NCBI GenBank assembly: GCA_038087875.1
Contig: CM075994.1
Coordinates: 744,001 to 808,000 of the forward strand
DNA: 64,000 bases
Source: Malacoraja senta
Lineage: Eukaryota
Direction of reading: 5' to 3'
The notes beneath the pieces are model-generated. The model searched no databases and was not told the DNA's origin. It was given only the letters and a program-made list of their open reading frames with translations. A program made the translations under genes and the position numbers. Positions 10,404 through 22,110 of the stretch are shown piece by piece. How positions within the stretch are numbered: position 1 is the stretch's first letter; each line of letters begins with the position of its first letter.

Positions 10404-11320
10404 GTTGGATGATCAGCCATGATCGTATTGAATGGCGGTGCAGGCTCGAAGGGCCGAATGGCCTACTCCTGCACCTAATTTCTATGTATCTATGTATCTA
10501 TGAATGGTTGTATGATTCAAAGGTTCAATGATTCAATGATTCAATGGTTGAAAGGTTCAATGGTTCAATGATTCAATGATGATCCAATTCATGTTTTTTT
10601 TTAAATCTGGAACAATAAAAGTGTCTATCTGTCTCCCTAGTAGAAGCATACAGTAGGAATAATTTCGTTTTGTTTGTTGCCACGTTAACGGAGGTACAGT
10701 TAAAACTTATTGTTGCGTGCTATCCAGTCAGCGGAAAGACAATACATGATTACAATGGAGCCGTCCACATTGTACAGATACACGATAAGGGAATAACGTT
10801 TCGTGCAAGGTTAATACAGTAAATTCCGTTAAAAAATAGTCCGACGGTCACCAATGAGGTAGATAGTAATTTAACAGTTGGGAAGGAACTATCCCTGAAA
10901 CTTGAGGTGTGTGTTTTCATATTTCTTTACATTTTGCTCGATGGGAGACGGGAGAAAAGGGGAGAGAGGAGAACTCCCTATTCTCTAATTGCCAATTTGG
11001 AGAGTCCAATTATCCTACAAAAATTTTAGGGTGTGGAAGGAAATGCAGCACCGAGAGGAAACCCACGCGGCAACATAGAGATTAGATGATCTTGCCATCG
11101 TGTTTGGCACGGTCATTGTGGCACGGACATTGTGTTCCAGTGCTAAGTTCCAAGTTCTAAGTGCAGGACATAGGGTTAATTATCACAACGTTTAAGAAAC
11201 ATTTATACACGTACATGGATCGGACAGGTTTGCAGGGATATGGACCAAATGCAGGCCGGTGGGACTAGTGTAGACGGAGCATGGTGGCCATTGTGAGCAG
11301 GTTTGGCTGAAGGGTACACC

Positions 11321-14300
11321 TCAGGTTCCTCGTACATCTTTCCCCCTCACCTTAACACCTATGCACAGAGCAGCGAAGGGGAACGTGAGCAGGGCGTTCA
11401 ACTGCGCTCTGAACCTGCTCTGGGTGAGGGCGTACACACAGGTGTTTGTGCAGGAACCGAGGCACTTCAGCAACATCGCGACTTGCACGGCCGCGTACAG
11501 CGAGCGGGGGCCGCGGAACATCACCGTCGCGCTCACCCCGACCCAGGCGTGGATCACCGTGATGGGAACGGCCAGCGCCACGAAGCTCCCGGAGACGGCG
11601 AACAGCGGGGCGACCGAAGCCCTCCGGCTCCTGACCTCGGGGTCGTTGCCCCCGCCCACCTGGCAAGAGCTCTTCAAAGCCAGTCGGGCCCTGCTGGCCC
11701 CTAGAATGTGTCTGGCGGTCAGCGAATTCAGAAGCAGCAGGGCGGGGATGGGGAGGAGGGTGTTGAGGAGGAAGGAGGCCCAGCGATGGGCGGACCACAG
11801 CGGGGATTCCAGGTGACCCGGCACAGGGCAGCAACCGTAGGCCACACGGTGAACGGTGAAACAGGGCCGGTAGCGGAGAGGCCAGGGCGCGTTCGTCAAC
11901 ACACTGACCATTCCTACCGCCGCTAGCACCATGGCCGCCGTTCTCTCGGTGCAATACGTGCGCCTGAGCTTCCGGCAACAGATAGCCACGAAACGGTCAC
12001 ACGTGAAGGTCACGGTGAACCAGGTATTGAGCTGGAAACTGAAGCCTTGCAGGTAGGCACTGAGCCGGCACACGGGCGTGTAGCGGAGCGGAGACCCGGG
12101 GAAGTGGTACCTGAAAGGACAAGTAACCTCGGGGTGACTCAGCGGGTCGGGCAGCGGCTCGTGAAAGAAAAATAGATACAAAACGCTGGATGTAACTCAG
12201 CGGGTCAGGCAGCAAATGGAGGAAAGATAAACACAAAACGCTGGAATAACACAGCGGGTCGGCACGGTGGCGCAGCGGTAGAGTTGCTGCCAGAGACCCG
12301 GGTTCGATTGTGACTACGGGTGCAGTCTGCCCGGAGATTGGCCGTTCTCCCCGTGACATCGTGGGTATTCTCCGGGTGCCCAAGCTTTCCTCTAACTTTT
12401 GCAATCAGACCAGTGGAGTGTGGGAGCAATCCGGAGCACCTGGATAAAACCCACGCAGTCACAGGCAGAAGGTTCATACTACACACAGACACACCAAAGT
12501 CAGAGTCGAACCCAGGTCTTTAGTGCTGTGCGGGGAACAGGAGCGGGGAAGCGTGGGAAGAGAGAGGGGTGGTGTGGGGTAGAATTGAATGGGCTTTGCG
12601 GGAGGTTGGTGAAAGGTTACCTAAAATCGGAGTATTCAATGTTCATACCGTTGGGTTGTAAGATGCTGTTGCTCCAGTTTGCGTGTGGCCTCACTCTGGC
12701 AGTGAAGGAGGCCCAGGATAAAAAAAGGTAAGTGTGGTAACGGGAAGGGAATTGTTAAAAACCGGGAGATCTAGCAGGTCTTGGCGAACCGAGCGCAAGT
12801 GTTCGGCGAAATTTTCGCCCAGTCTACACATTGTCTTGCCGATGTCCAGGAGGCCACATCGGGAACTGGGATATCTCCCGGTGGCCAAACACCCGACCAG
12901 TCTGACTGTCCCTTTGATTAAATATTTATCTCTCTTTGCTTCGTTGTCCACTTCCCCGAGCTAACACTGGTCCATTCTACATTTCCCTTGATCAGAATAC
13001 CACTTAACCCCCCACCCCCCTTCCCAAATCTTTGCACATCCCCAAACCTTTCCATTCGTCACTTTAATTTAATGTATCTTGTTTTTTTTATGACTGTTAG
13101 CAGAATACTTCCCCTCCTGGGATTAGTAAAGTTCTATCGTATTGTATGGTAACAGCGTCCCATTTGATGTCTCGTTTTCACACCTTTCCTTTTCATATCT
13201 CTGCGTGTCCCCCTCCACTGACTCTCAGTCTGAAGAAGGCTCTCGACCCGAAACGTCACCCATTCTTTCTATCCGCAGATGCTGCCTGTCCCGCCGCGTT
13301 ACTCCAGCATTTTGTGCCTATCTTCGGCGTAAACCAGCATCTGCAGTTCCTTCCTACACATGCAGTAGATGAGGTTGGAGCAGGTATCCAGTACGTACCT
13401 GACTATCTGGCTGACTATGACGTTGAAGACCAACACCATGAGATCACCCATCGCCATGGCCATCATGTAGCAGGTAATGTCTTTGGAGAGACCGCACTTT
13501 CCTCGAAACAGGATCACCAAGGACATCAAGTTGGCTGTAAGGAAACACACAACGGCGAGAAGCAAGAGGGAAATGGTATAGAGGCGTAGGGGACTGCATC
13601 TGTAGGGAACGGCAATAAATGTAACCAGAATTTCAGCAGTCCTGAACTACTTTCTACCTCATTGGTGACACTCGGACCATGTGTGACCGGACTTTGATGG
13701 CTTTACCTTGCACTGAACGTCATTCCCTTATCGTGTATATGTACACTGGAAATGGCTCGATTGTAATCGCGATTTCCGCTGACTGGTTCGCACGCAACAA
13801 AAGCTTTTCACTGTACCTCGGTACACGTGATAATGAACTAAATTCAACTGAACTGAATACGATCCAAGTCATTTGGGTATTTCTTAACCGGAGATTGACA
13901 GGCTCTTGATCAATAAGGTTGTTAAAGGATTGGGGGAAAAGGCAGGAGAATGGGGGTGATCAGGGGAAGATAGATCAGCCATGACTGAATGTTACAGTAG
14001 ACTTGACGGGCTCTTCACATTCACTCCATCCAGGCCATACACAACACCCGAGGTCAGGACTGAACCCAGGTCTTTTGCGATGTGAATCAGCAACTCTCCC
14101 TCTGCGCCACGGTGCTACACCTAATTTTAGACAATAAGAGTGAAAACAGGCCATTCGGCCCGTCGGGCCTGCGCAGACCAGCGACTACCTGCCCAATGTT
14201 AGAAGCAATCCGTCTTCCCTTAGCATTGAAACCAAGATTACAAGAGTGAACAATCTCATCGTTGCCCTGACTCTGACCACTGACTGGCACAATGGATGCA

Positions 14301-14850
14301 GAGAAATCAACTGCAGCCAAAAACAATGAAGAGACATAGAAGGATTCAACCTCCGGTATTCCAGAGAATACAATCCAAGTCTGTCCGACTTCTCCTTGTA
14401 GCTGATTCCCGCTAAAGCAGGCATCATTCTGGTAAGATGCACAAAAATGCTGGATTAACTCAGTGGGTCAGACAGCATATCTGGAGAGAAGGAATAAGTG
14501 ACATTTCGGGTCGAGACCTTTATTTCAGACCAGTAAGGAGAAAAGAAAACGAGAGATATAGTCGGTGATAGAGAGAGATAAAGAGCAAATGAATGAAAGC
14601 TATGCATAAAGTAACGATGATCAAGGAAATGGAGAGCCCATGATGGCCCATTGTAGGACGAGGGCTAGGTGATAACGAGTTATACAGACAGTGAAACTCA
14701 ATAAGACGACAGTGAAACTAGTACGACAACTAGGGTGGGGGAGGGACGGAGAGAAAACCACCGCTACATTAAATGAAATGACTTACCTGGCACACCAATG
14801 ACTGCAATAATCGGGTAGAAGATCTCGATGTGAAGTACGTACGTTCCCAT
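11321..14850 (-). CDS. GPR139/GPR142-like class A GPCR, copy A, intact 329 aa; complement(join(11321..12110,13399..13534,14787..14850))
   Basis: Spliced by hand: MGTYVLHIEIFYPIIAVIGVP|ANLMSLVILFRGKCGLSKDITCYMMAMAMGDLMVLVFNVIVSQIVR|YHFPG...WFTVTFTCDRFVAICC...SCTNTCVYALTQSRFR. GT-AG introns with phases 1 and 2 match; total 990 nt. Motifs GxPAN, AxxD, DRF and NxxxY resemble GPR139. Confidence 0.9.
12261..12530. mobile_element. Two convergent tRNA-derived SINE fragments in intron 2 (plus ~12261-12400, minus ~12414-12530); repeated in each unit
   Basis: A-box TGGCGCAGCGG and B-box GGTTCGATT on plus; B-box GGTTCGACTC on minus. Confidence 0.7.
12600..13390. mobile_element. Penelope-like fragments (GIY-YIG C-terminus and terminal repeat) in intron 2; repeated in each unit
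   Basis: Minus-strand SRCGLLDIGKT..RLGENFAEHLRSV and GLLHCQSEATRKLE; plus-strand terminal motif CTGAAGAAGG..CGACCCGAAACGTC...GATGCTGCC. Confidence 0.75.
13630..14740. mobile_element. TE relics in intron 1: LINE 3' ends, a minus-strand SINE head (~14040-14117), a CR1 RT scrap and a Penelope terminal segment (~14440-14740, minus)
   Basis: Recognisable tails (AACTGAACTGAA), A/B boxes, the GISYKEKSDRLGLYSLEYRRL peptide and a degenerate Penelope terminus. Confidence 0.55.
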
Positions 14851-14874
14851 CCTCTGGTGAACGGAGGCGCTCTA

Positions 14875-14908
14875 TGAATGGGGTGCTTTGGAAACGGAAG
14901 GATTTATA
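14875..14908 (-). promoter_or_regulatory. TATA box plus initiator-like element of GPCR copy A (equivalent motif upstream of all five copies)
   Basis: Minus-strand TATAAAT at 14908-14902. CCATTC with its A at 14879 lies 29 nt downstream of the first T. The ATG at 14850 is in a good Kozak context (AGGATGG). Confidence 0.65.
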
Positions 14909-15045
14909 CGTGAGCAGAAGGTCTGTTGCGATATCCATGTCATTAGCCAGAGCAAATATTCAACGCAAGGGTTCGCAAACCAGCACTAATGAGACCTAAT
15001 GATCCTCAGAGATAACATTGCACTTACAACCACAGACATTACATC

Positions 15046-17996
15046 AGATTCAGATTCAGAATCAGATTCAACTTTATTGTCATTGTGCAGTGTACAGTAC
15101 AGAGACAACGAAATGCAGCTGGCATCTCCCTAGAAGAGCGACATAAGTATGAGCAATAAATCAATCTAATAAATCCTGGTGGGAGGAGTGTCCGGGGGGG
15201 GGGGTGATTGGCTGTCACCGAGGTACAGTGTTGAGTAGTGTAACAGCCGCAGGGAAGAAGCTGTTCCTGGACCTGCTGGTCCGGCAACGGAGAGACCTGT
15301 AGCGCCTCCCGGATGGTAGGAGGGTAAACAGTCTGTGGTTGGGGTGAGAGCAGTCCATGACGATGCTGAGCGCCCTTCGCAGACAACGCTTGCTTTGGAC
15401 AGACTCAATGGTGGGGAGTGAGGAACCGGTGATGCGTTGGGCAATTTTCACCACCCTCTGCAGGGCTTTCCGGTCGGAGACAGAGCAGTTGCCATACCAT
15501 ACTGTGATGCAATTGGTAAGGATGCTCTCGATGGTGCAGCGGTAGACGTTCACCAGAATCTGAGGAGACAGATGGACCTTCTTTAGTCTCCTCAGGAAGA
15601 AGAGACGCTGGTGAGCCTTCTTGACCAGAGTTGAGGTATTGTTGGTCCAAGAGAGGTCATCGGAGATGTTGACCCCCAGGAACCTGAAGCTGGAAACACG
15701 TTCCACCTCCGTCCCGTTAATGTGGATGGGGGTGTGCGTGCCGCCCCTAGACTTCCTGAAGTCTACAATGAGCTCTTTGGTCTTCTTGGAGTTAAGGGCC
15801 AGGTTGTTGTCAGTGCATCATGCTGCTAGGAGCTGGATCTCCTCCCTATAGGCCGACTCATCGTTGTTGCTGATGAGGCCAATCACCGTTGTATCATCTG
15901 CATACTTGATGATGGTGTTAGTACCATGTACAGGTGTGCAGTCGTAGGTGAAGAGGGAGTAGAGGAGGGGGCTCAGCACACAGCCCGGTGGAACGCCGGT
16001 GTTCAGGGTGAGGGTTGAAGAGGTGTGCTTGTCTAACCTAACAGACTGGGGTCTGTTGGTTAGAAAGTCCAGTATCCAGTTGCAGAGGGAGGGGTCACCG
16101 AGCTTGGTGATCAGTTTAGAGGGTATGATGGTGTTGAATGCTGAGCTGTAATCGATGAACAGCATTCTTACGTAAGTGTCTCTGTTGTCGAGGTGGGAGT
16201 GGGCGGAGTGAAGTGCCGTTGAGATGGCATCCTCCGTACTCCTGTTCTTGCATTAGGCAAACTGATAGGGATCCAATGTGGGGGGTAGGCAGCCTTTGAG
16301 GTGTGCCAGGACCAGCCTCTCGAAGCACTTGGCGATGATGGGAGTAAGTGCAACTGGGCGGAAGTCGTTGTAGCTTGCCGGAGTGGAGTGTTTTGGCACC
16401 GGCACGATGGAGGTGGATTTAAGGCACGTGGGCACAACTGCTTGAGCAAGTGACAGGTTGAAGATGTCAGTCCAGACGTCTGTCAGCTGCGCAGCACAGG
16501 CCCTGAGGACGCGCCCGGGGATGCCGTCAGGGCCAGCAGCCTTACGTGCATTAGTCCTACTCAATGCCACGTACACGTCGTAGGCGGTGAGTGAGAGGGG
16601 CTGGTGATCGGCAGGGAGCACCGCCTTGATGGCCAACTGCCGATTGTCCCTGCTGAAGCGGCCATAGAAGTGGTTAAGCTCCTCAAGGAAGGAGGAGTTG
16701 CTGGATGTGGGGGTGGTGTTGGTGGGTCTAAAGTCCGTGATGGCCTGGATGCCTTGCTACATGCGTCGGGGGTCGGAGTTGTTGTTGAAGTGCTCCTCAA
16801 TCCTGAGCTTATGGCAGTGCATGGCCTTCTTTATGCCCTTCTTCAGGTTAGTCCTGGATGAACTATAGGCTCGGGCATCGCCTGACCTGAAAGCGGTGTC
16901 CCGTGCTTTCAGCAGTAGCCTGACCTCGCTGTTCATCCATGGCTTCTGATTCGGGAATATGCTCACCCGTTTGAGGGAGGTGACACTGTTGATGGTGGAG
17001 TTTATATAGTCCCGAACAGAGGATGTATAGGAGTCAATGTCCGTGTGGGAGTCAAGGGTGGCCTGGGCTGCAAACGCCTTCCAGTCAGTGTTTCCAAAAC
17101 ACTGCTGAAGTGTGGAGTCCGCATCCTCTGACCAGACTTTAACTGTCCTCACAGTGGGTTTAACCCGTCTGATGAGTGGGGAGTACTTTGGGAGCAGGAA
17201 CAATGAGAGGTGATCAGACTGTCCAAGGTGGGGGAGGGGGACGGCTTTGTAAGCTTCAGCCATGTTGGTGTAGACTTTGTCCAGTGTCTTCTCTTCTCTA
17301 GTGGCGAAGGAGACATGTTGGTGGAATTTGGGGAGTACAGTCTTCAGGTTGGAGTGATTGAAGTCACCCGCAACAATGAAGGCTGCCTCGGGGTTGTGAG
17401 TCTGTTGTTTGCTAATGGCAGTATGCAGATCTTTCATTACAAGCTTGGCATTAGCATCAGGAGGAATATAGGCTGCAGTCACAACAGTGGAGGTTAACTC
17501 TCTGGGCAGATAGAACGGTCTGCATCTAACCAAGATGATGGTGGTGTCCGTGCACCATGCTTTGTTTACATAAATGCACAGACCTCCACCTCTGGTCTTA
17601 CCGGAGTCTATTGTCCTGTCCACTCGGAGTAAATGCCGCCCCGTTAGCTGGTTGGCGTTGTCAGGAACGTCGGTGTTGAGCCAAGTTTCAGTGAGGATCA
17701 AGATGCTGCAGTCTTTGATCCAGTTGTGGGAGGTGATCCTTAGCCGGAGTTCGTCCATTTTGTTTGCCAGTGAGCGCACGTTGGCGAGGAAAAGGCTAGG
17801 AATCGCTAGCCTATGTGGGACTAGCTCTAACCTGGCCTTTAACCTACCTGTGCGTCCCCGGCGGTGCTTCCGTTCACGTCGCCGTCTGTTGGTGCTTCCG
17901 GTCGGCCGAGCTGGCTTGGTGGGCGCTGGTGTTCTGCCACGCCGCGACTACGCTGGCGTTGTACTAGTTTACTAATTTAGTTTGGTTAGTGTAATC
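15046..17996 (-). mobile_element. Rex1/Babar-type LINE copy upstream of gene A (several stops and deletions)
   Basis: APE+RT ORF broken into pieces ([21 protein letters not shown] end); (TGAATC)n 3' tail at 15046-15070. Confidence 0.9.
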
Positions 17997-19964
17997 ACTA
18001 GTTTAGTTTAGTTAGTGTGCTTTAGTTAATTTAATTTAGTTAGTTTGCTTTAGTTAGTTTACTTTAGTGTATTAGTTTGCTTTAATTAGTTATGTTATCA
18101 TTAATCTAGTTTAGTTTAGTTTTGTTCCATTTCGTTATGTTTCGTTTAATTTAATTTAGCCAAGTTAGTTTAGCTTAATTTAGTTTAGTTTAATTTAGTT
18201 TAGTTTAGTCTATACTAGTCGAGTATAGTTTAGTTTTGATTCGTTTATTTTAGGTTAGTTGAGTGATACAGCTCGGAAACTTGATCTGAAACTTGATCTG
18301 AAAAGGCACATCATCACATTCAGGCACAGTTTCTTCCCAGCTGTTATCGGGCAATTGATACACCCTAGCATAACCAGAGAGCAGTCCTGAACTACTATCT
18401 ACCCTTTTGGTGACCCTTGGTCTATCCTCTATCAGATTTCGATGTCCGGAAGTGTCGGCGCTGCCCAAGCAGCTGCGGCTCACCTGCAGTCCGTTTGTCT
18501 TTTCTTTTTTTTTGTTTCTTTTGTCCTGTTGTTTAGTTTATTTCGTTTATTTTAGTTGTGTATGTGTGGGGGGGTTGGGAGAAATTGTCTTTAGTCTCCT
18601 CCATCGGGGGGGGGGGGGGGTGCGACCTTTTCTTGTCGTATCCCCCGTCTCCGTCTCCGTCTGCGCTGAGGCCTAATCGCGGAACTGGCGACCTCCAACT
18701 GGGACCGACCCTCGAGGCTCCGGAGGCAGAGCCAGGACTTACCATCGCGAGGCTGGCCGATTTCGGGGATGTGGTGGCGGCGACCCGACTTCGGAGCCTC
18801 GGAGGCTCGGTCGCCGGCCCAGTGGACGACAACGTCGGGAGCTCGCAGGTCCCAGGTTGGTGACCGATTCTCCGGAGCTCCCGCAACAACAGCTTCGTCC
18901 GCTGGACTGGTGGGTGGCAGCTACGGCAGCTTCGACCGCCCCGGGCCACGGAGTTTGAACCAGCCCGTTCGCGGAGCTCGGTTGCAGCCGCTGGGAGGCC
19001 CAACAACGGAAGCCTGGATCGCCTCAAAGTAGAGGGAGACGAGGAGGGAAATGACAAGGATTTTTGCCTTCCATCACAATTAGGAGGTGCCTGGTAGACT
19101 CACTGTGGTGGATGTTAAACTGTGTTAACTGTGTGTTTTGTTATTTTATTCTATGTTATGACTGCAAGGTACACAATTTCGCTCAGACTGAAATGTCTAA
19201 ATGACAATAAAGGATACTTAAATTGCTTAAACTTAAGACGGTTAAGACGGACTGAGCGGAGGTGTTCAACAAAACGATCGCGAGCCTGCGCTTGGTCTCG
19301 CCGATGTGCGGAGGTTCACACCTGGGACAGCGGGATACAGTAGATGAGGTTGTAGGAGATGCAAGTGAACCTTTGCCTCACCTGAAAAGGCTGTCGGGGT
19401 GAGGAGGTGCAAATGCAGATGAGGCAGAGGTTGACTGGCATCTCCTCCAACATTATCAACTGGGCCGAGGTTAGATTCCGACTATGGGTGCTGTCTGTAA
19501 GTTCTCCCCTTGACCTGCGTCAGAGATGTTCGGTTTCCTCCCACACTCCAAAGACGTACAGGTAGGTAGGTTAATTGGCTTGGTATAAATATAAATTGTC
19601 CCTAATGTGTGCGGTATCGTGTCAACGTGCGGGGATCGTTGGTCGGCACGGACTCGGTGGGCCGAAGGGCCTGTTCCGCGCTGCATCTCTAAACTAAACT
19701 AAACTAAACGAAGCTAAAACTAAAGTTAGTGACGCCAAATGTATTAATGGCAAGTCTGTATGTATTGGATGTATAATGGTAATAACAGCGAGCATGTCAA
19801 ATGGTCTGCCTATCGTCTTCTGAAACCTCAAGGAGCGGAGTTCAAAGGTAGGGAACATGAAAAGGTTGACAACAGGTACTAACTGGCACCTTGTTTTAAT
19901 GTATTGATGAATTGTACACCTTCAATAGCTTTTGGGATATGCACATGACTCAGTGTGTTCTCTA

Positions 19965-20570
19965 GTCATAACAAGAGGAGTCGAGTATAGGAGCAAAGAG
20001 GTCCTTCTGCAGTGGTACAGGGCACTAGTGAGACGACACCTGGAGTATTGTGAGCAGTTTTGGTCCCCTTATTTGAGGAAGGAAATTCTTGCTATTGAGG
20101 GAGTGCAGCGTAGGTATACAATGTTAATTCCCGGGTTGGCGGGAGTGTCATATGCTCAGAGAATGGTGCGGCTGTGCTTGTATACTCTGGAATTTAGATG
20201 AGAGGGGATCTTATTGAAACATATAAGATTATTAAGGGTTTGGACATGCTAGAGGCAGGACACATGTTGGGGGAGTCCAATACCAGGGGCCACAGTTTAA
20301 GACTGAGGGGTAAGCCATTTAGAACGGAGACGAGAAAACACCTTTTCACACAGAGAGCTGTGATTCTGTGGAATTCTCTGCCTGTGGAGGCTGGTTCTCT
20401 GGATACTGTCAAGAGAAAGCTAGATCGGGCTCTTAAAGATAGCGGAGTCAGGGGATATGGTGAGAAGGCAGGAACGGAGAACTGAATGGGGATGTTCAGC
20501 CATGGTCACTTTGAATGGCGGTGCTAGCTCGACGGGCCGAATGGCCCACTCCTGCGTCTATTCTCTATAG
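19965..20570 (+). mobile_element. CR1 3' fragment (unit copy)
   Basis: Paralog of 3410-4010. Confidence 0.87.
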
Positions 20571-20725
20571 AAACATTGAAATAATATTCCATTTCGTGCC
20601 CCGTTTGTGAAACAGTGAATTCAGTGACTGCAGTTTATGTTATTTACTCCGTGCAGACGAGATTTCTCCCCGCTTCGAATGGACCCAATGAGAACAAAGT
20701 TTGTGATCAACCAGATTAAAGAACA

Positions 20726-22110
20726 AATGGCTCAATGGTTCATTGGTTCAATGGCTCTATGGTTCAACGATTCAATGGCTCAATGGTTCAGTGGCTTAAT
20801 GGCTAAATGGCTCAATGGCTCAATGACTCTATGGTTCAACGATTCAATGGCTCAATGGTTCAATGGCTCAATGGCTCAATGGTTCAATGATTCAATGATT
20901 CAATGATTCAATGGCTCAATGGCTCAATGATTCAATGATTCCATATTTCTCAATGATTCAATGCCTCAATGGTTCAATGATTCAATTATTTAATGGTTCA
21001 ATGGTTCAATGGTTCAATGATTCAATGATTCAATGATTCAGTGAATCAATCGTTCAATGGCTCAATGGCTCAACGGTTCAACGGTTCAATGATTCAATGG
21101 TTCAATGAATCAATCGTTCAATGGCTCAATGGCTCAATGGCTCAACGGTTCAATGATTCAATGATTCAATGATTCAATGATTCAATGGCGCAATGGTTCA
21201 ATGGTTCAATGGTTCAATGGCTCAATGGTTCAATGATTCAATGATTCAAAATGTCTCAATGATTCAATGATTCAACGATTCCATGATTCTATGGTTCAAT
21301 GGTTCGATGTTTAGATGGCTCAATGATACAATTGTTCAATGATTCGATGGTCCAATAATTCGATGATTCAATGGTTCAATGGTTCAATGGCTCAATGGCT
21401 CAATGGCTCAATGGCTCAACGGTTCAATGGTTCAACGATTCAATGGTTCAATGATTCATTGGCTCAATGATTCAATGGTTCTGTGGTTCAATGATTCAAT
21501 TAATGTTATTTACTCCGTGCAGACGAGATTTCTCCCCGCTTCGAATGGACACAATGAGAACAGAGTTTGTGATCAACCAGATTAAAGGACAAATGGCTCA
21601 ATGATTCAATGGTTCAATGGCTCAATCGTTCAATGGTTCAATGATTCAGTGGCTCAATCGTTCAATGATTCAATGATTCCTTGTTTCAATGGTTCAATGG
21701 CTTATGGTCTGCGTGCAGGTAGATGGGACTAGGTGAGAGTAAGTGTTCGGCACGGACTACAAGGGCCGAGATGGCCTGTTTCCGTGCTGTAATTTTATAT
21801 GGTTAAATGGTTATAATGGTTTAATGGTTGAATGATTCAATGGTTCAATGGCTTATTGGTTCAATGGCTCAATAATCCAATGAGTCAATGATTCAATGAT
21901 TCAAAGGCTCAATAGTTCAATGGTTCAATGGCTCATTGGTTCAATGATTCAATGGCTCAATGGTTCAATGATTGAATGGCTCAATGGCTCAATGGCTGAC
22001 TGGTTCAATGATTCAAGGGTTCAATGGCTGAATGGTTGAATGATTCAATGGTTCAATGATTCAATGATTCAATGGTTGAATGATTCAATGGTTCAATGAT
22101 TCAATGATGA
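20726..22110. repeat. Octamer YTCAATGR minisatellite
   Basis: Read directly from the sequence. Confidence 0.96.

Larger units (their letters stand above)
5509..10500 (+). mobile_element. Full-length young CR1-clade LINE inserted in the minisatellite
   Basis: TSD TGAATGGTT at 5500-5508 and 10501-10509; the empty site is visible in the other units (e.g. ~56414). It has 5' tandem monomers, intact ORF1 and ORF2, a 3' stem-loop (GGTGCAGG...CCTGCACC) and a (TATCTATG)n octamer tail. Confidence 0.95.

Noticed and set aside
10590..10625. Poly(A) signal for the GPCR
   Set aside because: The AATAAA here is on the plus strand. A minus-strand AATAAA exists at the equivalent spot only in B, C and D, so the 3' end cannot be assigned.
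11303..11978. Antisense and alternative-frame ORFs over GPCR exon 3
   Set aside because: Shadow ORFs of GC-rich coding sequence; their lengths vary between copies.
12261..12320. tRNA gene
   Set aside because: A and B boxes are present, but the anticodon arm is truncated and the sequence continues into a SINE body.
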